Origin: an uncultured Phycisphaerales bacterium
GTDB lineage: Bacteria; Planctomycetota; Phycisphaerae; WQYP01
NCBI GenBank assembly: GCA_963766775.1
Contig: CAVYBP010000010.1
Coordinates: 120,523 to 184,522, forward strand
Direction: 5' to 3'
DNA length: 64,000 bases
In this document: positions 10,266-21,275 of the stretch, in pieces
How the letters are laid out: the number at the start of each line of letters is the position of its first letter
Numbering within the stretch: position 1 is the first letter of the stretch
Position numbers and translations under genes: made by a program
The notes under the pieces: model-generated
Database searches by the model: none
What the model was told of the DNA's origin: nothing
The model's input: the letters and a program-made list of their open reading frames with translations, nothing else

Positions 10266-13120
10266 TTAGTGTGGGAGGTTTCCGAAGTAGATGGAGAGTT
10301 GGGTGTGGTAGTCGCCGGTGGCGATGGGTTGTTGGGAGTTGGGGCCTTCATCCGCGGGGTTGCTGAATTTTGTGCCGATGGCGGGGATTGCGTGGAGGAA
10401 GGCGATGGAGGTGGCGGGGTAGGGGACGAGGGTTTTGAGGGCGAGTTTTTTGTCGGGTTGGGTGGGGGTGAAGTTTTGGAGGAAGAGGTTATCAGTGTGG
10501 ACGAGGAAGGTGATGGGGCCTTCGGTGGTTTGGTATTGAGCCCAGCGGACGTTGGCGAAGTAGCCTTTGAATTCGGGGTATTTCCAGGGGATGGAGCCGG
10601 TGACGGAATCGTTGTAGTCATTTTGCCAGACGCCGAGGGTGGGTCCGGCGGTGCGGTTTTTGTAGACGCGGGTGGGTCCGTCGCCGAGCCATTTGAGGGA
10701 TTTGATATTTTTTTCGGGGTAGTTGAATCCGAGGCCGATGAAGTTTTGGGGGCCGGTGAGGTTGTAGGTGGCGTCGAAGTCGATCCAGCCGGAAGAGTGG
10801 ATACTCCATGTGGCGGATTTCATATTGCCTGAATAGGTGGCGGTGACGGTGGCGAGGATGTCTGCATTTTTAGCGTAGTCGCCTTTGAGAGAGATGAGTT
10901 TGGCGTCGCCGGTGACAAGGCGGGGGCCATTGGTGAGGGAGAAGTTTTTTCCGCCGTGCGCGACGGAGGCGAGAAGTCCATCGGACTTGTGGAAGGTGAG
11001 GAGGAGGCCATTGGTGCCGGTGACTCTGATGGCGTCGGGGGATTCGGAGACGTTGGTGATACCGTTGGCGAATGCGGGTTGAGTCGTGATCGCCATGTCG
11101 GGGGTGGCATGTGGTAAGTAAAAACCGGCGTGAAAAGTTCTTCGCCGGCGGCGTTTTCGATGCGGATGGCGAGGGCGTCGGCGGGTTCGGCGGGCTGTGT
11201 GGTGGGCGGGAGGTGGAATAGAAGTTTGCCGGTGGCACCGGGGGCAATGTCAGGGGAGGCGATGGGGCCTTCGGCGACTACTTTGAAGTTCGTGGTGTTA
11301 TCTGACAGGGAGGGGAATTTGCGGAGTTGATAGGAGAATTTGCACTGGTTCAGGTTGACGAAGTCGTAGCGGTTTTCGACAGTGAACTGGTTGTCTTTTG
11401 GGACTTCTTTGTTGGTGATAACGACGGGGGACCAGAGTTGTTTGATGGTGTAGAAGGAGGCTTCTTTTTCGCGGTAGGGGCCGACGATGCCGTCGGGGGC
11501 CAGGTTGCCGCGGGTGTCGAGGAAGCCACCGGCGTCAACGCGTTTGGGGGCTTCATCGAGGAATGCCCAGATGAATCCGCCGGCGGAGACTTTGCCGTGG
11601 CGGATGACGTCCCAGTAGTCTGCGAGGGATGCGCCGGCGCCGCCGTCGTAGAGGCCGTGGATCATTTCGGTGGGGAAGAAGACGTTGTCGCCGTCGAGCT
11701 TTGGCGACGAGGGTTTTGTAGTCGGGGTAGTGCTTGGTGTCGACGTGATCGTTGACGGCCCAGGGGTGGAGGACGTGGCGTTTTTGCGGGTCGATGCGGG
11801 GAAGTCGGCGTCGAGTTTGGTGTTCCAGCCGCATTCGTTGCCGTTGTCCCAGAAGAGGATGGAGGGGTGGTTGACATCGCGTGTGACCATTTCCTTGACG
11901 ACTTTGTGGCCGATGTCGTCGTCGTAGTTGGCGTGCCAGCCGGGGAGTTCGTCGAGGACGTAGAGGCCCATGTCGTCGCAGGCGTCGAGGAAGTGCTGGT
12001 CGGGCGGGTAGTGGGACATGCGGACGGCGTTCATGTTCATCTGCGTGCATGAGGGCGATGTCGTCGCGGGAGATTTTTTCGGAGGTGCAACGGCCGGAGT
12101 CGGGCCAGAAGGTAGTGGCGGTCGGAGCCTTTCAAAATGATGCGGTTGCCGTTGACGAAGAGGCCTTCGCCGTTGCGGACTTCGATGGTGCGGAAGCCGA
12201 AGCGTTGAGGGTATGGTGTGCAGGGTGACGTGCGCCTTTTTTAAGGCGGAGTTCGGCGAGGTAGAGGTTGGGGGTTTCGGCGGTCCAGAGTTTGGATGGA
12301 TTTGAGATTTGAGATTTGTGGAGAGGAGAACGCTCCTGACGGTTGCGTCTCGGAGTTCCCGCTGGTGCGGTTGAGGGTGGCGGAGAAGGGTTGGCCGACG
12401 GGGTTGCCGTCGGTGGTGAGGATTTGAGCTTCGAGGGTGGTGGCGGGGTCGGCGTGGTCGGTGAAGGCGTCGAGCGGAGAAAGAGCCGTCGGCTTTGGCG
12501 TTGATGGCGACGTGGTCGATGAATTGTGGTGGGACGGATTCGAGGTAGACAGGGCGGTAGATGCCGCGCGTAGTTGCAGTAATCGCCGCGGCGTTCGGCG
12601 TTGTTGATGGATGTGGTTGGCGGATTCGTCGATCGACGATGACGTCGAGGGTATTGGGTGCGCCGGGTTTGAGGAGGTTGGTGACGTCGTATTTGAAGCG
12701 GAAGTAGCCGCCCTGGTGTATGGGGCCGACGGATTTGCCGTTGATGAGGGCTTGGGTGTCCGTCATGACGCCTTCAAAGACGAGGAAGTTGCGGCGATTG
12801 GCAAAGTCGGATGGGAGGGTGAAGGTGGTGGAGTAATGGCCATGGACGGGAATGACGGGGACGCCGGGTTTCGTTTTGGAGCTGCGGTGTTCGACGCCGT
12901 AGGTGAAGATTCCGAAGCCTTGGAGTTCCCAGTTGGAGGGTACGGGGATGGTGGAGGGGGTATTGGCGTGTTGGCCGGTGGTGCAGGAGAATTTCCAGGG
13001 GATGGCATCGTCTTTATTATGGCCGGAGAGGTAGAGGGTGGCGGTCTCGGTGGGGGGCTGTGCGGCAAGGGCGGAGGTGGCGGCGAGGAGTAGGGTGGCG
13101 ATGGAGAGAGGCAGTTTCAT
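10266..13120 (-). pseudogene. GH2 beta-galactosidase (lacZ-like) with at least 6 frameshifts
   Basis: signal peptide MKLPLSIATLLLAATSALA; GH2 segments GIYRPVYLE, KLWTAETPNLYLAELRL, QRFGFRTIEVRNGEGLFVNGNRIILKG, MNMNAVRMSHYPPDQHFLDACDDMGLYVLDE, C-terminal Bgal small-domain (ORF 10266-11096), scattered over three frames between 11500 and 12650. Confidence 0.5.
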
Positions 13121-13248
13121 GGATGCTCCGAAAGGTGGAGAGGTGTTCACGCGGGACGAGGGGGCTGTACCGAGTTGAAGGTTGAGAATTTTAACCGCGA
13201 AGGCGCGAAGACGCGAAAGGGGGAGGAAGAGATTTTAAGAGGTTGTTC

Positions 13249-14319
13249 TTACCGCTGTTGCTCTCGGTTTTCGGGGATGCCGGGTTCGTCGAGGAGTTGG
13301 ATGGAGGAGGCGGGGCCGAGGTCGGGAGCGGACCAGGAGCTGAGTGCCCAGACGATTTTTTTGTCTGGAGTGACTTCGAGGACCTGGACGGAGCCGGGCC
13401 ATTTTTTGGTGTCTTTGACGGAGACGGGGATCCAACTGCACATGACGGTGTTGCCATTGGTGAGGCGGCTGACTTCCTGAATGATGAAGAGCTTGATGTC
13501 GGGGCTGTCTTTTTGGGTGAAGTCCCAGACGGTTTCGCCGTTGGGGTTTACTTCGCGGACTCCGTGGGAGGAGCAGGAGATGAGGGTGTTGCCGTTTTTG
13601 AGTCGGACGGCGTCCCAGGGGTCGGGTGCGTCAATGGCCCAGATTTTTTTTCCGTCGGCGTCGTACTCGACGACTTTTTTCTGGTCGACATGCGCGGCGA
13701 GGTAGGTGCCGGCGGGGGTCATGTGAACGCGTCGGAATTGGAGGTGGGGTTTTTCGGGGTGGGGGACGGGGAGGATGAGGGTTTTTTCGGTGACGTTGGT
13801 GGTGGTGTTGATGAGCATGAGGGTGGCGGGGTTGCCGTTCTGCATCATGAGGACGTGGTCGAGGCCGATGGGTTGGACGGAGTGGACTTCGGCATTTTTG
13901 GGGCAGTCGTAGTTCCAGATGATTTTTTTGTCAGGGGTGATTTCGCTGGCGCCGACCTTGCGGCAGAAGACAATGTTGCCGTTGGAGAGGCGGGTGGCGT
14001 CACCGAGTTCCTGGAGAGTGCCGTTGGGGTCTTTGATGGGGACGCTGTAGGACCATTCGACTTTGCCGTCGCGGACGAGGTAGATGGTTTGGAGTGGGAA
14101 GCGGTGGTCCCATTCGCCGGTGTAGAGGAAGGGGTGTTGAGCAAGGCCCTTGCCGGGGAGGAATGCGGGGTGTGTGGCCGGGGCGGTGCTGGTGGCGGGG
14201 GCAGTTTGGGCGGGGGCAGTTTGAGCGGGAGCCGGGGTGTCGGCGAAGGAGGTGAGTGGGAGGAGCATGGCGGCGAGAGCGATGGTGGTGAGCGATGCGG
14301 CGATGCGCTGGGTGTGCAT
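13249..14319 (-). CDS. secreted beta-propeller repeat protein (PQQ-like/ASST-like fold), intact paralog of 8509-9586
   Basis: signal peptide MHTQRIAASLTTIALAAMLLPLTSFA; ~60% identity to the translated pseudogene at 8509-9586; family assignment tentative. Confidence 0.5.
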   Translation of the reverse strand: MHTQRIAASLTTIALAAMLLPLTSFADTPAPAQTAPAQTAPATSTAPATHPAFLPGKGLAQHPFLYTGEWDHRFPLQTIYLVRDGKVEWSYSVPIKDPNGTLQELGDATRLSNGNIVFCRKVGASEITPDKKIIWNYDCPKNAEVHSVQPIGLDHVLMMQNGNPATLMLINTTTNVTEKTLILPVPHPEKPHLQFRRVHMTPAGTYLAAHVDQKKVVEYDADGKKIWAIDAPDPWDAVRLKNGNTLISCSSHGVREVNPNGETVWDFTQKDSPDIKLFIIQEVSRLTNGNTVMCSWIPVSVKDTKKWPGSVQVLEVTPDKKIVWALSSWSAPDLGPASSIQLLDEPGIPENREQQR

Positions 14320-14356
14320 GGAAAACCCTCGAGAAGGAAAGTGACAATGCGGCGGA

Positions 14357-15079
14357 CTATTGGGAAGCGGCAAGCGCTTCATCGAAGATCACGGCGGTCA
14401 GGGTGTGTTGAACGGAGCGGATGTGCTGATCCATGGCTTTAGCGGCGCGGTCGCCTTCACCGGCGAGGAGCGCTTGCACGATTTTGAGGTGTTCGGGGAT
14501 ATCGTTAGAGCGTCGGTAGGCGGTTTCGGAATCGCGGAGGTGGGAGACGTTTCGGAGTGCGCGGAAGAGGACGAGACAGCGTTCGATTTCGGCGGCGAGG
14601 CGAGGATTTCCGCAGTGCTCGGCGATGAGGGTGTGGAGGCGCGTGTCGGCAAGGCGGGCGCGCTGGTCGCGGCGTGCATTGCGGGGAAGTTTATCGACCT
14701 GGCGGAGTTCGGTGCGAAGGTCGTCGAGGCCGGTGATGGGGAGGTTTTTGGCGGCGCAGAGGACGGCTTCGACTTCGAGGATGCGGCGGATTTGGGAAAG
14801 GTCGCGGAGCTGGGTGGGGCCGAAGGGTTTGACGACGGCGCCGCGGTTGGGGAGTAGAGCGACGATTCCAAGGCCCGCAAGTTCGACGAGGGATTCGCGG
14901 ACGGGGGTGGGGCTTACGCCGAAGAGTTTGGCAAGGCGTTCGACGACGAGTCGTTCGCCGGATTTGAATTGGGTTTCAAAGATCGCGGTGAGGATGCGAT
15001 GAGAGACCTGTTCGCGCAGGCCGACACGAGCGAGGGGAGTGTCGATGCTGAAGTGGGTGTTGAAATTTTGCCGTTTCAA
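14357..15079 (-). CDS. GntR/FadR-family transcriptional regulator
   Basis: N-terminal winged HTH (REQVSHRILTAIFETQFKSGERLVVERLAKLFGVSPTPVRESL) plus FCD-like C-domain; TTG start with GGAGG 7 nt upstream (ORF extends to ATG at 15130). Confidence 0.6.
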   Translation of the reverse strand: MKRQNFNTHFSIDTPLARVGLREQVSHRILTAIFETQFKSGERLVVERLAKLFGVSPTPVRESLVELAGLGIVALLPNRGAVVKPFGPTQLRDLSQIRRILEVEAVLCAAKNLPITGLDDLRTELRQVDKLPRNARRDQRARLADTRLHTLIAEHCGNPRLAAEIERCLVLFRALRNVSHLRDSETAYRRSNDIPEHLKIVQALLAGEGDRAAKAMDQHIRSVQHTLTAVIFDEALAASQ

Positions 15080-15133
15080 ACAGTTCCTCCGAAGGGGGCA
15101 GAGTATACCGTCGGCGGTTGTAAGGGCCATCCC

Positions 15134-15161
15134 TTGACAGATTTTGTATATTATATATAAA
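15134..15161 (+). promoter_or_regulatory. sigma70-like promoter in divergent GntR/MFS intergenic region
   Basis: TTGACA at 15134-15139, 16-bp spacer, TATAAA at 15156-15161, embedded in an AT-rich TATATTATATATAAAA stretch ~55 bp upstream of the MFS start. Confidence 0.45.
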
Positions 15162-15214
15162 ACGGCAAAGCGTTGAGAGTTCGGTCAACCGTTCCCCGGC
15201 AAAAGAGGAAACGA

Positions 15215-16519
15215 ATGTTGCGATGGCGGATCGCCATTCTGGTGAGCGCGGCGATTGCGATCAGCTATCTGGATCGCCAGACGTTGCCGCTGGCGATCAA
15301 GGCGGTTCAGACCGACATTCCGATTTCAAATCAGGTGAAGGCGTTTTTGGATACGGCATTTTTGGCGTCGTATGGGTTGATGTATCTCGGCGGGGGGAAG
15401 TTGCTGGATTTGTTGGGGACGCGACTGGGGTTCGGGTTAGTGATGGTATTCTGGTCACTGGCTTGTGCGAGCCATGGGCTTGCGGGAGGAGTGGTTTCAC
15501 TGGCGATTTCTCGGCTATTGCTGGGGTTGGGGGAAGGGGGTGGATTTCCGGCGGCGACGCGGGCGGTGGCGGAATGGTTTCCAATTAAAGAACGATCGAC
15601 GGCGATGGGGATCATGAATGGCGGGACGGCGATCGGGGGAATTGTCGCGGGTCCGCTGATCACGTTGGTGTTGCTGCCGTATATACATTGGTTCGATGTG
15701 GCGTCGTGGCGGTGGGTATTTTTTCTGACGGGCGGGATGGGTTTGTTGTGGACGTTGTGGTGGGCGGCGGCTTATTTTCCGCCGGAGCGGCATCCGCGGC
15801 TGACGGAGCGGGAGCGTGGGGAGCTCGAATCGGTCCTGCGGCGGGAGGATGCGCCGCTGGAAACGCCGGTTCCGCTTCGCGTGTTGCTGCGATATCGGCA
15901 GACGTGGGGGCTGGTAGGGGCGAAGTTTTTAACGGATGCGGCGTGGTACTTTTATTTATTTTGGCTTCCGAAGTATCTCTATGACGCGCGAGGGTTTGAT
16001 TACAAGGCGACTGGGTCGGTGGTGTGGATACCGCCGGCGGCGTCCGGGGTGGGATGTCTGGTGGGTGGGATGTGTTCGAGTTGGTTGATCAGGCGTGGTC
16101 GGTCGGTGGATTTTTCCCGGAAGGCGGTTCTTTTCGGAAGTGCGATGATGATGCCGCTGGTGGTTCTTGTGCCGTTTGTGTCGGTGCCGTGGGTGATTGC
16201 GATTTTTAGCATCGCGTTTTTCGGGCAGCAATCGTGGTCGACGCTGATCATGATTTTACCAACGGATCTTTTTCCGAAGCGGACGGTGGGGACGGTGGCA
16301 GGGCTGGTGGGTTTAGGGGGTGCAATGGGCGGGATTGTGCTGGGGCAGGTGGCGGGCTATTTACTGGATCACGGGTACAGTTATGTTCCGGTGCTGGGCA
16401 TTGCGGGTTGTTTACATGTGGCGGCGTTTATTGTGATACTTGCGATGGTGCCGTCGTTGCGTCCGATTTCATTGAGTGCGGATGGAAGTTATTCACGAAA
16501 TTTAGAGGGTGTGCGATGA
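15215..16519 (+). CDS. MFS transporter, anion:cation symporter family (hexuronate/aldonate, ExuT/DgoT-like)
   Basis: 12-TM MFS with N-terminal AISYLDRQTLPLAIKAV...GLMYLGGGKLLD; RBS AGAGGA; stop overlaps the next start as ATGA. Confidence 0.65.
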   Translation: MLRWRIAILVSAAIAISYLDRQTLPLAIKAVQTDIPISNQVKAFLDTAFLASYGLMYLGGGKLLDLLGTRLGFGLVMVFWSLACASHGLAGGVVSLAISRLLLGLGEGGGFPAATRAVAEWFPIKERSTAMGIMNGGTAIGGIVAGPLITLVLLPYIHWFDVASWRWVFFLTGGMGLLWTLWWAAAYFPPERHPRLTERERGELESVLRREDAPLETPVPLRVLLRYRQTWGLVGAKFLTDAAWYFYLFWLPKYLYDARGFDYKATGSVVWIPPAASGVGCLVGGMCSSWLIRRGRSVDFSRKAVLFGSAMMMPLVVLVPFVSVPWVIAIFSIAFFGQQSWSTLIMILPTDLFPKRTVGTVAGLVGLGGAMGGIVLGQVAGYLLDHGYSYVPVLGIAGCLHVAAFIVILAMVPSLRPISLSADGSYSRNLEGVR

Positions 16520-17689
16520 AGATTACGAATGTGCGGACGCGGGTGGTGGAGTGGCGGGGCAAGACGGTGCCGTTTGCCGCCGCATTTTTGTACGAATCCG
16601 ATGGATGTGCTGGCGATTCAGCAGTCGTCGATGAGCACGTTTACGTTTCATGGGTGGTTGATTTGTGAGATTGAGACGGATCAGGGGTTGGTGGGGATTG
16701 GGAATGCGGCGCTGTCACCGCAGGTGACGAAGCAGGTGATCGATCTGTATTTGAAGCCGTTGTTGATTGGGGCGGATCCGTGGGATATCGAGTTGATCTG
16801 GCAGCATATGTATCGGAAGACGATGGCGTTTGGGCGGAAGGGGATAGGGATGGTGGCGATCTCGGCGGTGGATATTGCGTTGTGGGATTTATTGGGGAAG
16901 TCGGCGAAGCAGCCGGTGTATCGGTTGTTAGGCGGGAGGACGAAGGCGCGGATTCCGGTGTATGCGAGTCGTTTGTATAGCACGCCGTTGGATGAGCTGC
17001 GCGCGGAGGGGACGAAGTATAAGAATGAGGGGTACAAGGCGATGAAGATGCGGTTTGGGTGGGGGCCGACGGATGGTGCGGCGGGGATGCAGAAAAACGT
17101 GGCGTTGGTGCGGACGCTGCGGGAAACGCTGGGGGATGGAATCGATATTATGGCGGATGCTTATATGGGGTGGAACCTGGATTATGCGAAACGGATGATT
17201 CCGCTGATTGAGCCATTTAATTTGCGGTGGCTGGAGGAGGCGGTGATTCCGGATGACATCCATGGGTATGCGGCATTGAAGTCGTTTGGACGGATACCGA
17301 TCGCGGGCGGGGAGCATGAGTTCACGCTGTATGGGTTCCGGGAATTGATTGAGGCGAAGGCGGTGGACTACATTCAGTTTGATACGAATCGGGTGGGCGG
17401 CATCACGCAGGCGCGGAAGATATCGGCGTTGGCGGAGGCGCATTCGATACCGGTGATTCCGCATGCGGGCCAGATGCATAATTATCATGTGGTGATGGCG
17501 AGCTTGAATTCGCCGATGGCGGAATATTTTCCGAAGGTGGATGTGGAGGTGGGGAATGAGTTGTTCTGGTACATCTTTAATGGTGAGCCGACGCCGACGG
17601 ATGGGTTTATTGATTTGGATGAGAACGTGGCGGGATTGGGGTTGACGGTGAATGAGGCGGGTTTGAAGCAGTTTCATGTGACGGAATAG
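16516..17689 (+). CDS. mandelate racemase/muconate lactonizing enzyme family L-rhamnonate/L-fuconate dehydratase-like; 1-bp frameshift near 16575
   Basis: MKITNVRTRVVEWRGKTVP (ORF 16234-16668 tail) continues in frame of 16529-17689 (LPPHFCTNPMDV...); enolase-superfamily motifs WDLLGK..PVYRLLGG, GGEHEFT; resembles E. coli RhmD. Confidence 0.6.
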
Positions 17690-17707
17690 ACGCGCGGCGA
17701 CGTTGAG

Positions 17708-18731
17708 GTGAAGTTAGTGAAGAAGCGGTTGGTACAGATTCAGCGTGGGGAGGTGCGGCGCGTGGCGCTGGTGGAGGAGCCGGAGTTGCGGCTTCTGCGG
17801 ACGTTTGGGTCGGTGTATGCGCTTGCGGCGGCGGCGATTGGGAATGGCGGTGGGATATCGGATTTGATTGAGGCGGACATGGGGGACGAGGTGGTGAGGT
17901 ATGACGAGGTGTATCGTGGGGAGTCGGCGTGGCGGCTGATGGTTCCGGTGGATCATGTGGGGGATGTATCGCGGTTGCTGGTGTCAGGGACGGGGTTGAC
18001 GCATTGGGGAGCGCGCGGGATCGGGATGCAATGCATGAGGGAGCGGCGGGTGGGGGAGAGGAGCATTTGACGGACAGCATGAAGATGTTTCGGTGGGGTG
18101 TGGAGGGGGGCGTCCGGAGGAGGGGAAGGTGGGGATTTCGCCGGAATGGTTTTATAAGGGGTCGGGTGGGATTGTGCGGGCGCATGGTGAGGCGTTGGAG
18201 GTGCCGTCGTTTGCGGAGGATGGCGGCGAGGAGGCGGAGATTGCGGGTGTGTATATGATTGGGGCGGATGGCAGGCCGTGGCGGATCGGGATGGCGGCGG
18301 GGAATGAATTTTCGGATCATGTGTTTGAGAAGCGGAATTATTTGAACCTCGCGGGGTCGAAGGTTCGGACGTGTTCACTGGGGCCGGAGCTAGTGGTGGA
18401 TGCGGAGTTTGGGTCGGTGGCGGGAGAGGTGAAGATTGAGAGAGAGGGGCGGATGCTGTGGTCGAAATCGATTCGGACGGGGGAGGCGGAGATGTGTCAT
18501 AGCGTGCGGAACATTGAGGATCATCATTTTAAGTTTGATGGGCATCGTCGAGCGGGGGATGTGCATGTGCATTTTTACGGGGCGCATTCGTTGAGTTTTG
18601 GGGATGGGGTTCGGTTGGCGGATGGGGATGTGATGTCGATTGAGTTTGCGGGGTTTGGGCGGGCGTTGCGAAATGCGGTGCGGATGCAGGGTGGGACGAG
18701 GTCGCCGATGGTTGTTTCGTGCCTAAGATAG
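17708..18731 (+). CDS. fumarylacetoacetate hydrolase (FAH) family hydrolase, candidate 2,4-diketo-3-deoxy-L-fuconate/rhamnonate hydrolase; frameshift near 18050
   Basis: PEWFYKGSGGIVRAHGEALEVPSFAEDGGEEAEIAGVYMIG and GDVMSIEFAGFGRALRNAV match FAH-fold signatures; N-terminal domain in ORF 17708-18070 (GTG start), rest in 18093-18731. Confidence 0.5.
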
Positions 18732-18734
18732 GGA

Positions 18735-19625
18735 ATGAAGATGAAGAATTTACGAGTTGGCTTTTTGGGGTTGGGGACGATGGGCGCGGGGATGGCTCGC
18801 CGGCTGTTGAAGGCGGGGTATGGGCTGAGCGTGTACAACCGGAATGTGGAGAAGACGGTCGCGTTTTCGGTAGAGGGGGCGCGGGTGGCGGAGAGTCCGG
18901 AGGAAGCGGCGCGCGGGAGCGATGTGGTGATCAGCATGTTGGCGGACGATGTGGCGTCGCGCGCGGTGTGGTTCGGGGAGAAGGGGGCGTTGAGCGGGGC
19001 GGAAGCGGGGGCGGTGCTGATTGAGTGCGGGACGGTGAGCGTGTCGTGGATTCGGGAGCTGGGGGATGCGGCGGAAGGGCGCGGGTGCCGATTGTTGGAT
19101 GCGCCGGTAACGGGGACGAAGCCTCATGCGGCGAATGGGGAGCTTACTTTTTTGGTGGGGGGAGATGGGGAGTCGTTGGAGAAAGTTCGGCCATTATTGG
19201 CGGCGATGAGCAAGGAGATTGTGCATCTCGGGCCACTGGGTTCAGGGGCGGCTTTGAAACTGGTGAATAATTTTTTGTGCGGGGTTCAGGCGGCGGCGTT
19301 TGCGGAGGCGAATGCGTTGGTGCATCGGGCGGGCCTGGACGCGGCGAAGGCGTTGCCGGTGTTGTTGAATGGGGCACCGGGGAGCCCGGTGGTGAAGACG
19401 GTGGCGGGGCGGCATGCGAATCGGGATTATTCGCCAAATTTCCAGTTGCGGCTGATGGCAAAGGATCTTGCGTATGCGATTGCGGAGGGGAAGCGGCATG
19501 GCGTGGGATTGCCGTCGGCGGTGACGGCGTTGAATACGTTCTCGCGGGCGATAAATGCGGAGTTGGGGGATCAGGATATGGCGGCAGTGATTAAGTTTTT
19601 AGAAACGGTGCCTGGGTCGGCGTAG
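18735..19625 (+). CDS. NAD(P)-dependent beta-hydroxyacid dehydrogenase (3-hydroxyisobutyrate dehydrogenase family)
   Basis: N-terminal Rossmann VGFLGLGTMGAGMA, 6-PGDH-like NAD-binding plus C-terminal helical domain. Confidence 0.6.
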   Translation: MKMKNLRVGFLGLGTMGAGMARRLLKAGYGLSVYNRNVEKTVAFSVEGARVAESPEEAARGSDVVISMLADDVASRAVWFGEKGALSGAEAGAVLIECGTVSVSWIRELGDAAEGRGCRLLDAPVTGTKPHAANGELTFLVGGDGESLEKVRPLLAAMSKEIVHLGPLGSGAALKLVNNFLCGVQAAAFAEANALVHRAGLDAAKALPVLLNGAPGSPVVKTVAGRHANRDYSPNFQLRLMAKDLAYAIAEGKRHGVGLPSAVTALNTFSRAINAELGDQDMAAVIKFLETVPGSA

Positions 19626-19662
19626 AAGGTTGCGCTGGCCGGGCTATTTTTCGGAGTTTGAG

Positions 19663-21244
19663 ATGGCTGTGCATTCGATACTTGTGAATGGTGAATGGCG
19701 CCGGCGAAGTATCACGCGACGTTTCATGCGGCGAATCCGGCGACCGGGGAGGCGTTGGGTGAGGAATATCCGGTGAGCGATTGGTCGGATATTGATGCGG
19801 CGCTTTCGGCGAGTGTTGAGGCGGCTGCGGTGTTGCGGAGGATGCCGGGTGCGGAATTGTCGCGATTTCTGGTGAGGTTTGCGGAGCGGCTGGAGGCGCG
19901 GGCGGGGGAGATCGTGGAGATGGCACATCTGGAGACAGCGCTTCCGCGAGCGCCGCGGTTGCAGGATGTGGAGTTGCCGCGGACGACGGGGCAGTTACGG
20001 AAGGCGGCCGCGGCGGCGATGGAGGGATCGTGGGCGTTGCCTACGATTGATACGAAGTTGAACATTCGGTCGTGTCATGCGGCGCTGGGGCCGGTGTGCG
20101 TGTTTGGACCGAACAATTTTCCGCTGGCGTATAACCCGATGTGCGGCGGTGATTTTGCGGCGGCGATCGCGGCGGGGAATCCGGTGATCGGGAAGGGGCA
20201 TCCGGCGCATCCGGGGACGACGCGGATCGTGGCGGAGGAGGCGTTCGCGGCGGTGGGCGAGTCGGGTTTGCCGCGGGCGACGGTGCAGTTGATTTATCAT
20301 ACGTCGTCCGAGAATGGGACGCGGCAGGTGGGGGATCGGAGGGTGGGTGCGAGCGGGTTTACCGGGAGCCGCGTGGCGGGTTTGGCATTGAAGGCGGCGG
20401 CGGATGCGGCGGGAAAGCCGATTTATCTGGAGATGTCGAGTTTGAATCCGGTGGTGATTTTGCCGGGGGCTTTGAAGGAGCGGAGCGAGAAGATTGCGGG
20501 AGAGTTTGCGGATAGTTGTTTGGGAGCGGCGGGGCAGTTTTGCACGAAGCCGGGGGTGGCGGTGGTGATTGCCGGGGAAGCGAGCGAGCGGTTCATGGCG
20601 GATGTGCGCGGCCTGTTTGAAGGGCGGGCGGCGGGGACGTTGTTGTCGGCGGGGGTGGCTCGATCGCTGCGGGAGAGTTTGAAAACGCTGCGCGGCGCGG
20701 GGGCCGGTGTGGTGGCGGGGGGAGAGGCGTTGAGCGGGATGCCGGTGCGGTTTGCGAATACGTTGCTGCGGGTGGAGGGTGAGGTGTTTCTGCGCATGCG
20801 GAGCGGCTACAGACGGAGGCGTTTGGGAATGCGTCGCTGGTGATTGTGGCGCGGGATTGCGAGACGGCTTGTGCGGTGATTGCAAAGTTGGATGGGCAGC
20901 TTACGGGGTCAATTTATTCAGATACAAAGGGGGCGGATGATGGGGCGTACGGGGCTCTGGAGCCGTTGTTGCGGCGGCGCGTGGGGCGGTTGCTGAATGA
21001 CAAGATGCCGACGGGGGTGGCGGTGACGGCGGCGATGAATCATGGAGGTCCTTATCCGGCGACGGGGCATCCGGGTTTTACGGCGGTGGGGATGCCGGCG
21101 TCGCTGCGGCGGTTCAGCCAGCTTGAGTGTTATGACAATGTGCGCGCGGAGCGGCTGCCGGAGATTTTGCAGAATAAGAGTCCGAACTCCCAGGCGTGGC
21201 GATTGGTGGATGGTGTGTGGACGCGGGATGATGTGGTGGTTTGA
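19663..21244 (+). CDS. NAD(P)+ aldehyde dehydrogenase (alpha-ketoglutarate-semialdehyde/lactaldehyde dehydrogenase-like); frameshifts near 19700 and 20800
   Basis: MAVHSILVNGEW (frame of 19663) + body in ORF 19695-20843 + C-terminus in ORF 20840-21244; ALDH catalytic region GQFCTKPG; RBS GGAG. Confidence 0.55.
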
Positions 21245-21275
21245 AAGTTTATAGGCCAGCGGCTGAAGGAGACGG

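Noticed and set aside
11500-12700. treating the GH2 fragments as separate small genes
   Set aside because: Fragments are collinear pieces of one lacZ-like protein in shifting frames; reported as a single pseudogene or error-laden gene.
16928-18320. minus-strand ORFs 16928-17677 and 17607-18320
   Set aside because: Antisense to the conserved dehydratase and FAH genes; low-complexity R/P/H-rich.
19995-20885. 296-aa minus-strand ORF
   Set aside because: Antisense to aldehyde dehydrogenase; Arg/Pro-rich.
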